DNA of 64,000 nucleotides from Girardia tigrina (Eukaryota), in the NCBI GenBank assembly GCA_001938485.1, contig MQRK01228686.1, forward strand, positions 1 to 64,000, read 5' to 3'. Positions 13,010-25,039 of this stretch are shown here, piece after piece. The notes under the pieces were generated by a model, which saw only the letters and a program-made list of their open reading frames with translations, did no database searches and had not been told where the DNA came from. The translations under genes and the position numbers were made by a program. Position 1 is the first letter of the stretch; each line of letters opens with the position of its first letter.

Positions 13010-13295
13010 GAAAATATAATTTGATTAAAGCTTTTTTTATACAACTATTGGACATGTTTCGATGTTTATATACATCATCATCAGCAATTTTCTATTGAAT
13101 TGTTTGAATAATACAATTTTTCACAATTTTAATATATATAATTTACTTTAAAATGTGATGAAAAAATTAATTATTAATATTTATCAAAGTATTATTGGGT
13201 AATAATGGCAAAAAGAATATTTTAATTAAAAATTTTAAGTATTGAAATAACCTTACTTTGCCCATTCTGAATGTTAATTGATGGGTTGTAGTGTC
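13010..13295 (-). mobile_element. Penelope-like element 3' end / pseudo-LTR, truncated by assembly gap
   Basis: Near-identical to 20050-20343, which continues into GIY-YIG coding sequence. Contains a hammerhead motif. Confidence 0.85.
13047..13088 (-). ncRNA. minimal type I hammerhead ribozyme (PLE-associated), intact core
   Basis: Minus strand: AUUG CUGAUGA U GAUGU-auauaa-ACAUC GAAA CAU GUC CAAU. Stem I AUUG/CAAU, stem II GAUGU/ACAUC, palindromic stem III ACAUGU, GUC cleavage triplet. Confidence 0.85.
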
Positions 13296-14799
13296 TNNNN
13301 NNNNNNNNNNNNNNNNNNNNNNNNNNNNNNNNNNNNNNNNNNNNNNNNNNNNNNNNNNNNNNNNNNNNNNNNNNNNNNNNNNNNNNNNNNNNNNNNNNNN
13401 NNNNNNNNNNNNNNNNNNNNNNNNNNNNNNNNNNNNNNNNNNNNNNNNNNNNNNNNNNNNNNNNNNNNNNNNNNNNNNNNNNNNNNNNNNNNNNNNNNNN
13501 NNNNNNNNNNNNNNNNNNNNNNNNNNNNNNNNNNNNNNNNNNNNNNNNNNNNNNNNNNNNNNNNNNNNNNNNNNNNNNNNNNNNNNNNNNNNNNNNNNNN
13601 NNNNNNNNNNNNNNNNNNNNNNNNNNNNNNNNNNNNNNNNNNNNNNNNNNNNNNNNNNNNNNNNNNNNNNNNNNNNNNNNNNNNNNNNNNNNNNNNNNNN
13701 NNNNNNNNNNNNNNNNNNNNNNNNNNNNNNNNNNNNNNNNNNNNNNNNNNNNNNNNNNNNNNNNNNNNNNNNNNNNNNNNNNNNNNNNNNNNNNNNNNNN
13801 NNNNNNNNNNNNNNNNNNNNNNNNNNNNNNNNNNNNNNNNNNNNNNNNNNNNNNNNNNNNNNNNNNNNNNNNNNNNNNNNNNNNNNNNNNNNNNNNNNNN
13901 NNNNNNNNNNNNNNNNNNNNNNNNNNNNNNNNNNNNNNNNNNNNNNNNNNNNNNNNNNNNNNNNNNNNNNNNNNNNNNNNNNNNNNNNNNNNNNNNNNNN
14001 NNNNNATATATATATATATATATATATATATAATAGATTTATTACAATATCAACCAATTATAAAAAAAATAATATAAAATAATAATACCGATAAAATCGT
14101 TTTAATTTTTATTTTCCTTTGATCTAGCCTTCATTATTATTCATTTTATTTTTTATTTATTATTTTTTTCCACTGAAACAAGTCCTTCTGACCACAACCA
14201 CAAAATAATTGCTTTCTCCTCGCTATCAAAAGTTTATCTTATCTCCAATTTTAACTTCCCAAACTATTCTCCTCGAATTCAATAAAAAAAATAATAATAA
14301 TAATAATGTTAAAAAAAATCACTAGCCAATTTGCTCATAATTAATTAAAACAAAAAATTAAATTTAATTTTTTTTAATATAATAATAATTATTTAAATGA
14401 ATTGAGAAGAAAAGAGAGAAAACGAAAATCAACCCTCAAAATGTTACGAGTTCCAGCGCTGAAGGGGGTCGGATTATGGTTTTTGTTTAAATCAATCATA
14501 ATAATTATTATAAAAATATAAATAAAAAAACCGTTTTAGTATTAATATTATTATTATTTTCATTATTATTTTTTTGTCGATTCTCTGTTTTTTTAATGGG
14601 TTTGATTTCTTAATTATCTCTTGGAAATTGTTTGAAACTTTTTTCTTTCCGGCGGCAAAGATCTGAGAATTATTGGTTTACAATGAAAAAACCGGTTAAT
14701 TGGTATGTTATATATTTTTTTTACTCGAATGATGATGCAGTAGTCATAAATGTCTTGCCAATATCTTCGATTAAAACGAAAAAAAAAATAAATAAAAAA

Positions 14800-15230
14800 T
14801 ATTTGACGGATAAGTTGTAGGACAGAGTTTTGCGATGTGCATGTTCATAAAATTGATGAAATATGAGCCGTTGTAATTAAAATCAGAGTACAGAGCTCTG
14901 GTATAATTAAAGATACGGCATAGATGACCAATCTTCATGTGACTTAATCGGCGAAAAAAAAAATCGCTACAACAAAAAAAGAAGAAAAGAGAAAGCGAAA
15001 TATAAAGTAATTGATTATTTTTATTTAGTGGGAACGGCGGACTATTTATTCTCTGGCGTACGTACCGCGCTTTATTGCCACCTAGCATGAGATAGGGCGA
15101 CATATTCTCTTTGATCTCGCCGCCGTGACAGTGCTGTGGCTGGGCCCCTACCGCCTGATTGTGTAGGCCGACCGGGCGGCATGCGTGCATAACCGCTCCG
15201 TGGTCGAATGTCATTGGTCATTAATGAAAA
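14800..15230. promoter_or_regulatory. GC-rich non-coding island, candidate Wnt/TCF-responsive enhancer
   Basis: GC-rich island in TE-free AT-rich flanks. CTTTGATC (15109-15116) is followed 2 nt later by the Helper site GCCGCC (15119-15124). No credible ORF. Confidence 0.5.
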
Positions 15231-16021
15231 ATAATCAAGATATTCTTTTTTTTTTGCTTTAAAATATATCATTGATATTCTGTGTTATACTTTCTTTTAT
15301 TATCTATTTTGGTTGTTTTGTCTTCCGAACAGTGATTATTATTCTTCCAGGAGGATCAATTATCATTGTCGGGAAGAGATTGAGAATGGGGGTCGGAAAA
15401 ACCAAATCTAAGTCGAGAATTATAAAAGTCAACGAAAAGATCTTATTGGAAATATGTACTTTTAAAATTTAATTAAAATTAAATTTAATTAATCAATTTT
15501 TTTTGATTGGAAATTAATTTTATTTTTGGAGGAAATATTTTTGTTTTGTTTTTGGTTAATTTGACGGAAAGATTAAGAGATTTATTTTCTTTAATTTTTT
15601 TTTCGTCGTTTCGTTTGTTGGGAGGTCACAGGTTTTATTTACTTTAACATTTTTTTTGTTTCTAGTATGACTTGAACGTTTGATTACGTTTAATAATTAA
15701 ACGAAGGTTTTTTTTGGTGATAGACAAATATTGTCTCGGTAAATTCGTTAAAATAGAACAAAAAAAATAATAATTTTTTATGTCTGTTAAAATAATATAG
15801 AGAAAACACAGTCAATATAATTTTATTAATATTTATATTTTTTTTCGGATAATAAAAAATAATTATTGATAAATGTCAGACATTATTTTCTACTGTGTTT
15901 TAGCAGTTTCATATTTGTAAAAGATGAAAATAATCTGGTTTTTTTATTTTGAAATTTTTTACGTAAACAAGTTTTTTTTGGGAGGGCGTCTTGTTAAAAT
16001 GAAAAATATAAATATATTTAT

Positions 16022-16640
16022 TACCCGGAAATCTCGTTATAAGCCTTAAGCTTAGTAGAGAAAAAAAGTTTTTTTTTCAGCTTGGTAGAGGCTTAGTAAA
16101 GAAATTAGAAAAATTAATTAAAATTTTTTTTATTTTAATATAAAAACTTAAATCTGATCTTTATCATCATCTTCTTCATCATTTCCAAAGTTTCTCTCAT
16201 CCGTTAAAATGTCAATGAGTTGATCACGAATTTCTTCATAATTAGTTTCCATGTCATCATCGTTATCATCTCGGTCTTCTTCGGAGACTTGATCAATTTC
16301 TTCTTCATCATCACCGTAGAATTTGATTGTTGTCTTTTTGAAACCACTTGTAATTGTTGAGACTGGAACTTAATTCCATGCTTCTGAAATCCATTTTGTA
16401 ATTTCTTCGTATGATACACGCTTTAAATTTCCAGATTTTGTATAATTTTTGTAACTGTTTATGAGCCAATTTTCCCACCTGCTTCGAAGACGTGATTTGA
16501 ACGATTTATTGACACTGATATCTAAGACTTGTAGTTTTTTTAGTTAGACCTCCTGGAATCATAGCCATCAAAGTACCACTGCGATAAAGATTTTAGATAA
16601 AAATTCAGGTAGCGGCTTAGTAAAGAAATTAGAAAAATTA
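16022..16640 (-). mobile_element. pogo-family (DDE_1) transposase 3' fragment
   Basis: Minus strand 16586->16148 reads MIPGGLTKKLQVLDISVNKSFKSRLRSRWENWL...KSGNLKRVSYEEITKWISEAWN*VPVSTITSGFKK plus an acidic tail. IPGGLT..LQPLD.SVNKPFK is a pogo signature. Flanked by a ~33-bp direct repeat (16085-16117, 16608-16640). Confidence 0.88.
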
Positions 16641-17351
16641 TGATGACCGAAATTATTTATTAATTTATTTTATTTTTTTTTCTTGTTAAAGAGGTTTTCA
16701 GATAGAATATTTGTATGGAAATTTAAAATTCAATGCATTATATTAATAAATTCACTAAAAAATTGTTCTTCAAACGTTTCTTTCATATTTATCTATTAAA
16801 ATCTTTTATTAAAATCCGTTATCAATATTGTTAAATTTAAAACATTTTCAATTATGACCAGTAAATACAGATGAAGTATACCAAATCCTTTGAAAGATAC
16901 ACGTTTTATTCTTAGTGTATAGAATATGATTACTAAAAATATAATATAACGTAACTTAAAGACAGTAAAAATTTTATATAAGTAGTAATAAGAAGTTATA
17001 TTACGCTAACAGGTCTCCACACCATTTGATGTGCCGCCTGACCCTTGACCCTTAATGTTGTCAAGTCATAGTAACACCAAATTTAGTCAAAATAATCAAA
17101 GTTCATTTTTCTTCCTTCTAACATTTATAAATATTTTAATATAGATAGCGTAATAGATACAAGGCCAGTGGTTCTATTAAAGCAAAAAAAACCTTTATTA
17201 CGGAACACGCATTTATATTTTTAATCGAATTATATTTGTTGAATGAACGAGCTTATTTTACTTTCAACACAATAAATAATTTATTATAGAAAGTCCTAAT
17301 TTAGATTATACGAATCATTATTTAAAAATAATAAAACTCTGGCAATATTAA

Positions 17352-17642
17352 CACATTGTATGTGGGACACGTACTAGTACGTTTTCTGACGACTGAAACT
17401 GGAGCCCCGGTCACGTATTAGTACGGGTTAGTGTAGCAACATGGTTTGTTCGTGAGTACAATATTTACCGTGTATACAGGAAAACGAAACCTAATGTTCT
17501 TGTCTACTACACAGATCCTGGAAAAATTTAGACACATAAAAACTAGTTTTTGAATCAGAGATTTAACTGAATAACTAAATTTACTCGCAAAACGCCCACT
17601 TCTGGTACAATTCTACTGTAAAATGTGCCCGCACAAAATGTG
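17352..17642. mobile_element. TTAA-flanked MITE (piggyBac-like)
   Basis: TTAA|CACATTGTATGTGGG ... CCCGCACAAAATGTG|TTAA. Internal palindromic repeats ACGTACTAGTACGT and ACGTATTAGTACG. Confidence 0.7.
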
Positions 17643-19116
17643 TTAATAAGCCTTAAATATTGGAAAACCTTCTAAGACAACACAAAATGAGTATAATTAG
17701 TAAGTAGATGAAAGTAGAGTAATCAACGCTAACTTTCTGCATTAAAAATTATAAAATCAGATCTACGGGCTTCCATGAAGAAGGATTCGATAGAGGAAAT
17801 TCTGTTTTTACGAACCAATTTGTATTGATTTAGTAATCATAAAACTTTTTCTTTAAAAATAAATAAATATTTAGATAATTTTATCCAATTATCTGATTAA
17901 TTAAATTTTATTTTATTTTTCGTATATTGCTGTATATTAAACTATACACGGACAACTAATTTGTAACCAAATTGCCAGTGTAAGTAAAAATTCAACCGAA
18001 AATGTATTAATACATGTTCATTATTTATATAAAATAAAAAGACCCGGAGCTGGAGTTCGAGAGTGAGTTGGAATCTGAGTCAGAGTAGAAATCGAAAAAT
18101 TTAAAAATATGAGATTCAGCGTCGGGGTCGGAATAGGTAATTTTTAGTAAGATTTTGCTGCCATAGTTTTATGGTCAGATGAATAAGGAGGCCATCTAAT
18201 ATGGTCACATCTTTCAATCCAGTTACGGAAATTATAATTTCAACTGTGACGAAATGGCCGTGAATGTCATTCTCTTTGGACCAAATAAAAGGTACGCCTA
18301 ATTGATCATCAAGAGGTTTGAACTGATCTTCCAAACCAACACCATACTTTTATTTTGCTTTTCCTGCTGTTTTGCATTATATAAGAAATCAAACACTTAT
18401 TCATTTATTTTGGTTTTTCAACGTCGAAATTCTTATTTTTTCTGATAGTAATTAGAATGTTTTAAGAATGTTATAAACTTGGAGTACATTTTTAGAAAAT
18501 TGAGAATTCTAAGTATTATGTTTTGATAAAATATCGAAAAAAACAACTTTCGTCAAAGGACATTCATATCGAGGAAGAATGTTTGATAAAGTCCATTGTA
18601 TCTTTCTAACGAACAAATAGTTGACTTTATCCGAGGAAGCATTCAAGAAAGGTTTATCAAAGTAGTCTGAATCACTAGTTTTGTAGGCCAAGAAGATTAT
18701 GACATATATTTTTGATTCGAAAGTTATATTGCCTAAATTATCGTTAGAAGGATTCACTCAGGTCTTACGGACGCAATTGTGAACTGAAAACGATAAATTA
18801 TGTATCATAAATCCACTGTGCCTGTTCATTCGAGAGGTATTGTGGTTCAAAAATGAATGAACCAAAGCCTTCATTAACGACTCATCTACCTTTCTTTGCA
18901 CCGGCTGACTTCAGTCTTTTTTCTAGTTGTAGTTGACCCATCTCAGAAAACAATATTAAAAACTTCAAAACACACAAATAATTGGTTGGAAATATAATTA
19001 ACATTTTATTATTTTATTTTAATTAATTAATAAATTCATTAATAAAATATATATTGAACACTAATTTGATATTTTTGAAAACTAATTTTGTTAAAGCTTT
19101 TTTTAAGAAATTGATT

Positions 19117-19157
19117 ATTGTACATGTTTAGGAATTTCGTGTTCCATCATCATCAAT
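19117..19157 (-). ncRNA. degenerate hammerhead motif (core mutated)
   Basis: AUUG aUGAUGA U GGAA-cacgaaa-UUCC uAAA CAU GUA CAAU. The stems are retained; core C3 and G12 are mutated. Confidence 0.6.
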
Positions 19158-20087
19158 TACAATTGATTATTTGTTAGTTTTGTAAAATTTTAGTTTTAAT
19201 TGAATAAGTTTTTAGATTATTTTTAATTATTCAAGACATTATTGGATAATAATGGCAAAATATTTTTAAATTTCATTAAAGATTTAATTATTTGAAAAGG
19301 CTTTACTTTGTTCATTTTGAATATTTATTAATGGGTTGTAGAGTCTTATCAATAATGAACTGCCGCTCTTAATGTGAATTCTAATATTAAATTCACTACA
19401 GAATCGGAAGTAAATAACAAACTTCCTTTTCTTGACATTCTTGCCACTAGGATGAATTGGAAATATCGTAATGAATTATACAAAAAGACAACAGATACAG
19501 GTCTCTACAAACACTACAGAGCTTTTGTGAGGAGAAATATAGAGTGTATGATAAATAGCTTAGTTCACAGTGTTTCGAATTGGTCTTGAAATTTTAAATC
19601 ACAGATCATGGTTTAAATATTCTTAGAGGACGCTTGAGGGACTACGTGTACATAAGCAAACAGCTAGACCACAACATTGGACAAATTGTGTACACAAACA
19701 CGTGTTAAAAAATAACTAAATGAAGAAAACATTGAAGGTCACAAATAAATGATAAAAATACCTTATTATGAAGGATATAAAGCATTTAAGAAGAGTATTT
19801 TCAAGAATATATGTAGTGTCAAAGGGGTTTCAATAACATCAAATGTTCAAAGCTCCCACTCAAATAAATCAAAAAAGATTTGTGATTTGCAAGCTAATCT
19901 GGTTTATAAATTTGATTGTTACGGGTGTTAAAACTCGTTCACATCGGAGAGACAAATCGTCATCTCAAAACCCGGATTAGCGAGCATTCAAAATCAAGTC
20001 GATCAAGTATATATTATATAATAGAATAACAAATATAATATAAATATATAGAAAATATAATTTGATTAAAGCTTTTTTTATATAATT

Positions 20088-20129
20088 ATTGGATATGTTT
20101 CGATTTTTACATACATCATCATCAGTAAT
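20088..20129 (-). ncRNA. hammerhead motif, partly decayed copy of 13047-13088
   Basis: AUUA CUGAUGA U GAUGU-auguaa-AAAUC GAAA CAU AUC CAAU. Core intact; single mismatches in stems I, II and III. Confidence 0.7.
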
Positions 20130-21021
20130 ATTTAGAAATTTAGTTAAGAATATTTAAATTGTTTTAATAATACAATTTGAAAAGGTTTATTAACTTCAAA
20201 AGGAATATTTAGAATTAAATATTATAATTTATTAAAGTATTATGGGGTAATAATGGCAAAAAAATATCTTAATTAAAAATTTTAAGTATTGAAATAACCT
20301 TACTTTGCTCATTCTGAATGTTAATTGATGGGTTGTAGTGTCTTATTCATAAAACTGTCGTTCGTAATGTGAATCGAATTCCTTTTGTAGAATAAAAAAC
20401 TCATCTTTTGAAATGGATGAGGTTCTGTCCTTACAACATAACCAGTGATCAAGAACCTTATTCGATCGACTCATTTGCGAGTGCTCGCTAATCCGGGTTT
20501 TGAGATGACGATTTGTCTCTCCGGTTTACGAGTTTTGACACCCGTGACAATTAAATTTATATACCAGATTAGCTTGCAAACCACAAACTGTTTTCGATTT
20601 AAATTCACAAGTCATTCTTACAAAACCTAAAATTTAAAATCAAACTCAATGTGAATCTAAGTAAGCTAATGAGAAATTTTCTTTATTAAAAAATCGAATT
20701 CAAAGTGATAAGATCACTGACTTTATTGGGTAAGAGTAATAAAATGAAGCAAAAATATTTTTTAATATTTATTCCCTTTCAGTTGATTGATTTTCACCTT
20801 AATTCGATTCATCTGAATTTAACAATTGTAATAATATTTGGGTAATAAATTTTTGATAACATAAAATTATAAATTATTACTTATTTTATAAAAATTTAAA
20901 AGTAACTGACTTTTTATTGCAAACTATCAGGTGAAATGTAAAAAACCTTTACAAAATAACTAAATTTTTAACTTTTTTTTCCACGGGCGACTTACCGTCA
21001 ATAAACTTTCTACTATATACA

Positions 21022-21125
21022 TATGTTTTTTTCTCATTCCATTTGTTCTTAAGATATTTGATTATATAAGACATTTGTATATAATCAAATATCTTGAGAA
21101 CAAATGGCAATGAGAAAAAAACATA
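21022..21125. repeat. near-perfect ~100-bp palindrome (hairpin MITE-like)
   Basis: Arms TATGTTTTTTTCTCATT-CCATTTGTTCTTAAGATATTTGATTATATA / TATATAATCAAATATCTTGAGAACAAATGGCAATGAGAAAAAAACATA, with a ~9-nt loop. Confidence 0.9.
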
Positions 21126-21668
21126 ATGAATAACAATACGTTTTATAAAATAATCACTTCTAAAAAGTATTTTTAAAGGAAATATATAATGTAGAGAAAG
21201 ATTATTTAAATAAATAAATTAGATAACATTAGTCTCACAATCAATCTAATAATCCATGAGATTTTTTACTATTTCTGGGATATTTATATTTTTGATTTGG
21301 GTTGAAATTTTCAATGTTATTTATATCTGTTTGTTTGATCTCCTACAATCGGGACATGTTGAACTCGACGGATCAGATCAATCTTCATGAATAATAAAGT
21401 GAATAATTAAACCAACAGTTGTAAATATATCTTTAATACAATAAAACTAGTCTAGATCGTCCGCATGTATAAATTATTTCGTATAAATTGATTCAATTTG
21501 AATAATGAAAGAGATCTCTAAATCAAAAATATATATAAAATACAAGCATGCTCCATTGCAATAAAAAGTTTAAAAGATCTTTATTACAATTATTAGTTGC
21601 ATTGACATTATCTTTGATGATGGTTGATTCAAGATCAGAATTCATAATTTCACACAAATATTTATTAA

Positions 21669-21800
21669 CCCCTTTACCGAGTGTCACGAGTTAACTCGTC
21701 ATATGAAATCTTGGGCTTAACCGTACATCACGAGTTAACTCGTCTTCAGATATATAAAAGTCGTCTGTGTGCCGCGCGTCCCGAGTTAACTCGTCCTGAT
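21669..21800 (+). mobile_element. piggyBac-like terminus with three palindromic subterminal repeats
   Basis: TTAA|CCCCTTTACC start. CGAGTTAACTCG palindrome at 21687, 21731 and 21782. No partner end found. Confidence 0.6.
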
Positions 21801-22515
21801 ACAAAAAAGCATTGGATTTATCTTTGAAGGAAGAAATATCTGGATGATCGATATTAATTTAAAAGATTTTCGATTTTTGATGGGTGAAAATTTTAGAGCT
21901 TCACTTTTTATATTACTATCGGGATTTACATCCCGCCCTTAACTCTATTTCTAACCAAAAACCTAACTGTAAAAATATTTATGGCTGAGACGCAAAGTCC
22001 AGTCATCTTAGAGTATATACGGTATTCGATACGGTTGTCGGGTACCTGAAGCAGCTACTCACTCGTTTCAAAAGTAGGCTTATGCAGCTTCCTTTTCATT
22101 ATTCAACTCGAAAGTAGCATGCCTTTTAGGTAGTGGATCTCGAACGATTCTACTATCCTAATGGCAATCGTCGCGCATTTAAGCATAGAGACGAAATTAG
22201 CCCAATATAGTTTGAACATTGTATCCTTTGAACATTGTATATACCAACTTGATAACATAGTAGACTCTGAAAAGTGTGTTATACACATTTTAAAACTCAT
22301 TAATGTATAATGTACATCACAATCAGCATAGATTTAAATTGTTCGACTCTGATTTCCTCTGTCTGAACAAACTTTGCAGCGTCTTCTTGATATTCTTAAA
22401 GAATCCTCAGTAAAATGCAACAATCTTGAAGATCGGGTTCAAAAGATGGTGTTCCAAAAGGGTTTTTCCAAACTTTTCAGATGTTTAATTTATGATTTCT
22501 AGTTTTAAAGCTGTA

Positions 22516-23681
22516 CTAGGGTGATTCAAAAGTTTTTTCGTTTTTCTATGCCTTACATGGTAACAGTTAATTTAAATGAATATTCTATTTTGTATAGTGT
22601 TGGTTTATTCATTAAAAGTTTGTTTGTTTACTCTTATAAGATTATGGAGAGCGAAAATATGGAATTCGAGTTCTTTTGCGAAATTACTGGAAAAAGGCTT
22701 CAAAACAGCTGCCACAGCCCGGGAAATATGTCTAGTAGAAGGAGAAATTACGGTCAGTGTTCATGTGTCACAATTGTGGTTCAATTGACGTTTCTCAAGT
22801 GGTGACGTCAATTTGGAAGACCAACCTCACTCTGGACGACCTTCTGCTGTTGATGATAACACTCTATGTCAAACTGTGGAGGAGATTTTCAGCAGAGCTT
22901 GGTCCTTCACAACCCACTCTTCAACGTCATCTTCAAGTCAATAGATGATGTCGACAAATTCCTCACGAACTGACAGTCACTCAAGCACACCAACGACTTG
23001 ATCTCTGCAAACAATTACTTGCTCACCCCCATGACGTGCGCTTCTTTAGAAGGATCATGACCAGGGATTAAAAGTGGATATTTTCCGTAATCCCAACGAG
23101 GAGAATCAGTGGCTACCCTTGTATGCCAGCCTAACCCGTGGATAAACATGGACGCATAGATCGCGAAGTTTTGCTTTATGTATGGTGAAATTATGAGGGT
23201 GGTCCACTTCGAGGTGGTTCCGGAGGGGTGTACTGTGAATACCAAACTCTACACTCAACAGCTACGGAGTCTACGCCATTCTCTGTGAGCGTCACATGGC
23301 ATTGGTCAATCGCAACTGAGTTATTCTCCAACAAGACAACGCTTCGGCACATACTGCACGTTTGAATCGTGATAAGGTTACACCCTGCTTACAGCCCCGA
23401 CATTAACCCCAGCGATTACCACCTCTTTCAGGTAATGACGCATTTTATCAAAGGGTCGCAGTTCGATTAAGCAGAAGAGGTTGAACAAGGGTGTAACGAT
23501 TTCTTTGCTTCCAAAACGACAGTTTGGTATATTCGTTGAATCAAGCTACTGGCTGAAAGATGGTTGAAGATCATCGAAAATAAAGGCCTGTATTTCGAAT
23601 AATAAATATGTTCTGTTTACATGCTTTGTTATCTTGAAAATATGAAGGGAAAAACGAAAAAAAACTTTTTAATCAGCCTGG
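22516..23681 (+). mobile_element. full-length decayed mariner (DD34D)
   Basis: TA-flanked TIRs CTAGGGTGATTCAAAAGTTTTTTCGTTTTT / AAAAACGAAAAAAAACTTTTTAATCAGCCTGG. Motifs IMTRD*KWI, LQQDNASAH, HPAYSPDINPSDYHLF, RWLKIIENKGLYFE*. Confidence 0.92.
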
Positions 23682-23689
23682 TATAAAGA

Positions 23690-24041
23690 AACAGCGTTCA
23701 AAATAGGCATACAGAAAAGCCGTTGTATTGCATCAAGACGGCGCAACACAAAAACTTATATTAGCAAAACAGGAGCTTGACTTTGGTACACTCATGCATC
23801 GTTGTATTCAACTAACCTTGCACCTTCAGATTGTCATTTATTGATGTCTTTGCAAAATTCACTGAATGGCAAAACGTACAATTCTGCCTGTAAAAATTCA
23901 TGCGTCTCAGTCTTTTTTTCTGAGAAAGATAAGACCTTCTGGGATGGTGGAATCAGTAGGGGTAAAAGGATCATTGATAAAATAGTACAAACACTCCTTT
24001 TTGATATTTAAAAAAGGACCGGAATTTTTGTTCAACCCAAT
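23690..24041 (+). mobile_element. mariner 3' fragment
   Basis: VVLHQDGA and YSTNLAPSDCHLLMSLQNSLNGK. TIR-like end ...TTTTGTTCAACCCAA. Confidence 0.85.
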
Positions 24042-25039
24042 TATATATAATTATTTAAATAAAAAAATATTAAATAGCTATTAAAATCAAATTACTTTAT
24101 TAAATACTATTTATAAAACCATAATAAGGCTGATAAAACAATTATAATAATTAATATAATTATTTTTCCATTATTAGTATTATTATAACTATTGAGAAAG
24201 AACGTAATAGTTTCCCTCCAGAACTCCTTCCACAATCAAGGGATCCCAATCGATAGTTTCTTTCCTTCTTACTAAAACTAAAAGGCAGAAGTTTGTACAA
24301 AAAATCCTTCCCGTTTCCCCAAAACAAAACGTAATGGAGCCTCAATAGTCCAAGGGAAAATATGCACATGAAATTATTAAACCGGCCTTTTTTCGTGAGA
24401 GTTTAATATGTCTTTTTAAATGTGTTTTATTTAGAAGCCACATTGTCAATAAAAATATTTCCACGTTTGAATTTGCCGAAAGAGCGGGCATTTTTCTTTG
24501 AAAATTTTTTAACTTTTATTGCTTAATCCCATAAATTCTAAATTTTACATTTTATGACTTAAGAATTTTCAACTGCTATAGGAAATCCTGCAAGTAAAAT
24601 ATAATGAGGAATCTTTAATTTATTTACAGTGCAAATTTACTGCTCAATTGTAGTGCACTTTGCGGGGCTGTTTCATTCCGTCGGCTAAGGCTTCTTTTAG
24701 CTCTACAAAGCCCGCCATTTAATGCAAATTTTATATGCTATTCCGAATATTAATGTCTTCTTGAGAGAGAAAAGAAATGAAAGAAACATTCGTTTCTTTG
24801 AAACTTTAAATGCTTCTTAAAACATTTTTTTTAATATGTGAATACTTTTCTTGAGAGCATTCACTCGTCATATGGAGGAACCTTGTAGTGGACCTTGCTC
24901 CAGGATTTGATGAAGATTACCTTCTTTATATTCAAAACCTATATTATTTGTGATAAAAAATGATAATATGGTTATTAATGTTAAGAATCAATAAAACAAT
25001 ATAATTTATCATTTTTCTAGAAATTAAAAACAAATAAAC

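Larger units (their letters stand above)
19080..20640. mobile_element. Penelope-like retroelement cluster (inverted pLTR + RT thumb/GIY-YIG on +, second GIY-YIG/pLTR copy on -)
   Basis: + strand: NSNIKFTTESEVNNKLPFLDIL...YKKTTDTGLY (PLE RT thumb) and NLVYKFDCYGC..IGETNRHLKTRISEH (GIY-YIG). 19866-20006 is inverted-repeated at ~20459-20601. Minus-strand pLTRs at 19080-19370 and 20050-20350. Confidence 0.92.

Noticed and set aside
13167-14082. Long ORFs of 250-296 aa (also 3508-3818, 32122-32331, 54917-55273)
   Set aside because: Artefacts of N gaps translated as X.
14771-15272. 147-aa and 66-aa minus-strand ORFs
   Set aside because: No recognisable domain; they run through poly-T tracts and are a by-product of local GC richness.
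21686-21793. Three regularly spaced palindromic repeats (CRISPR-like look)
   Set aside because: Only 12-14 bp, eukaryotic context, and they follow a TTAA-CCC piggyBac-type end; these are subterminal repeats.
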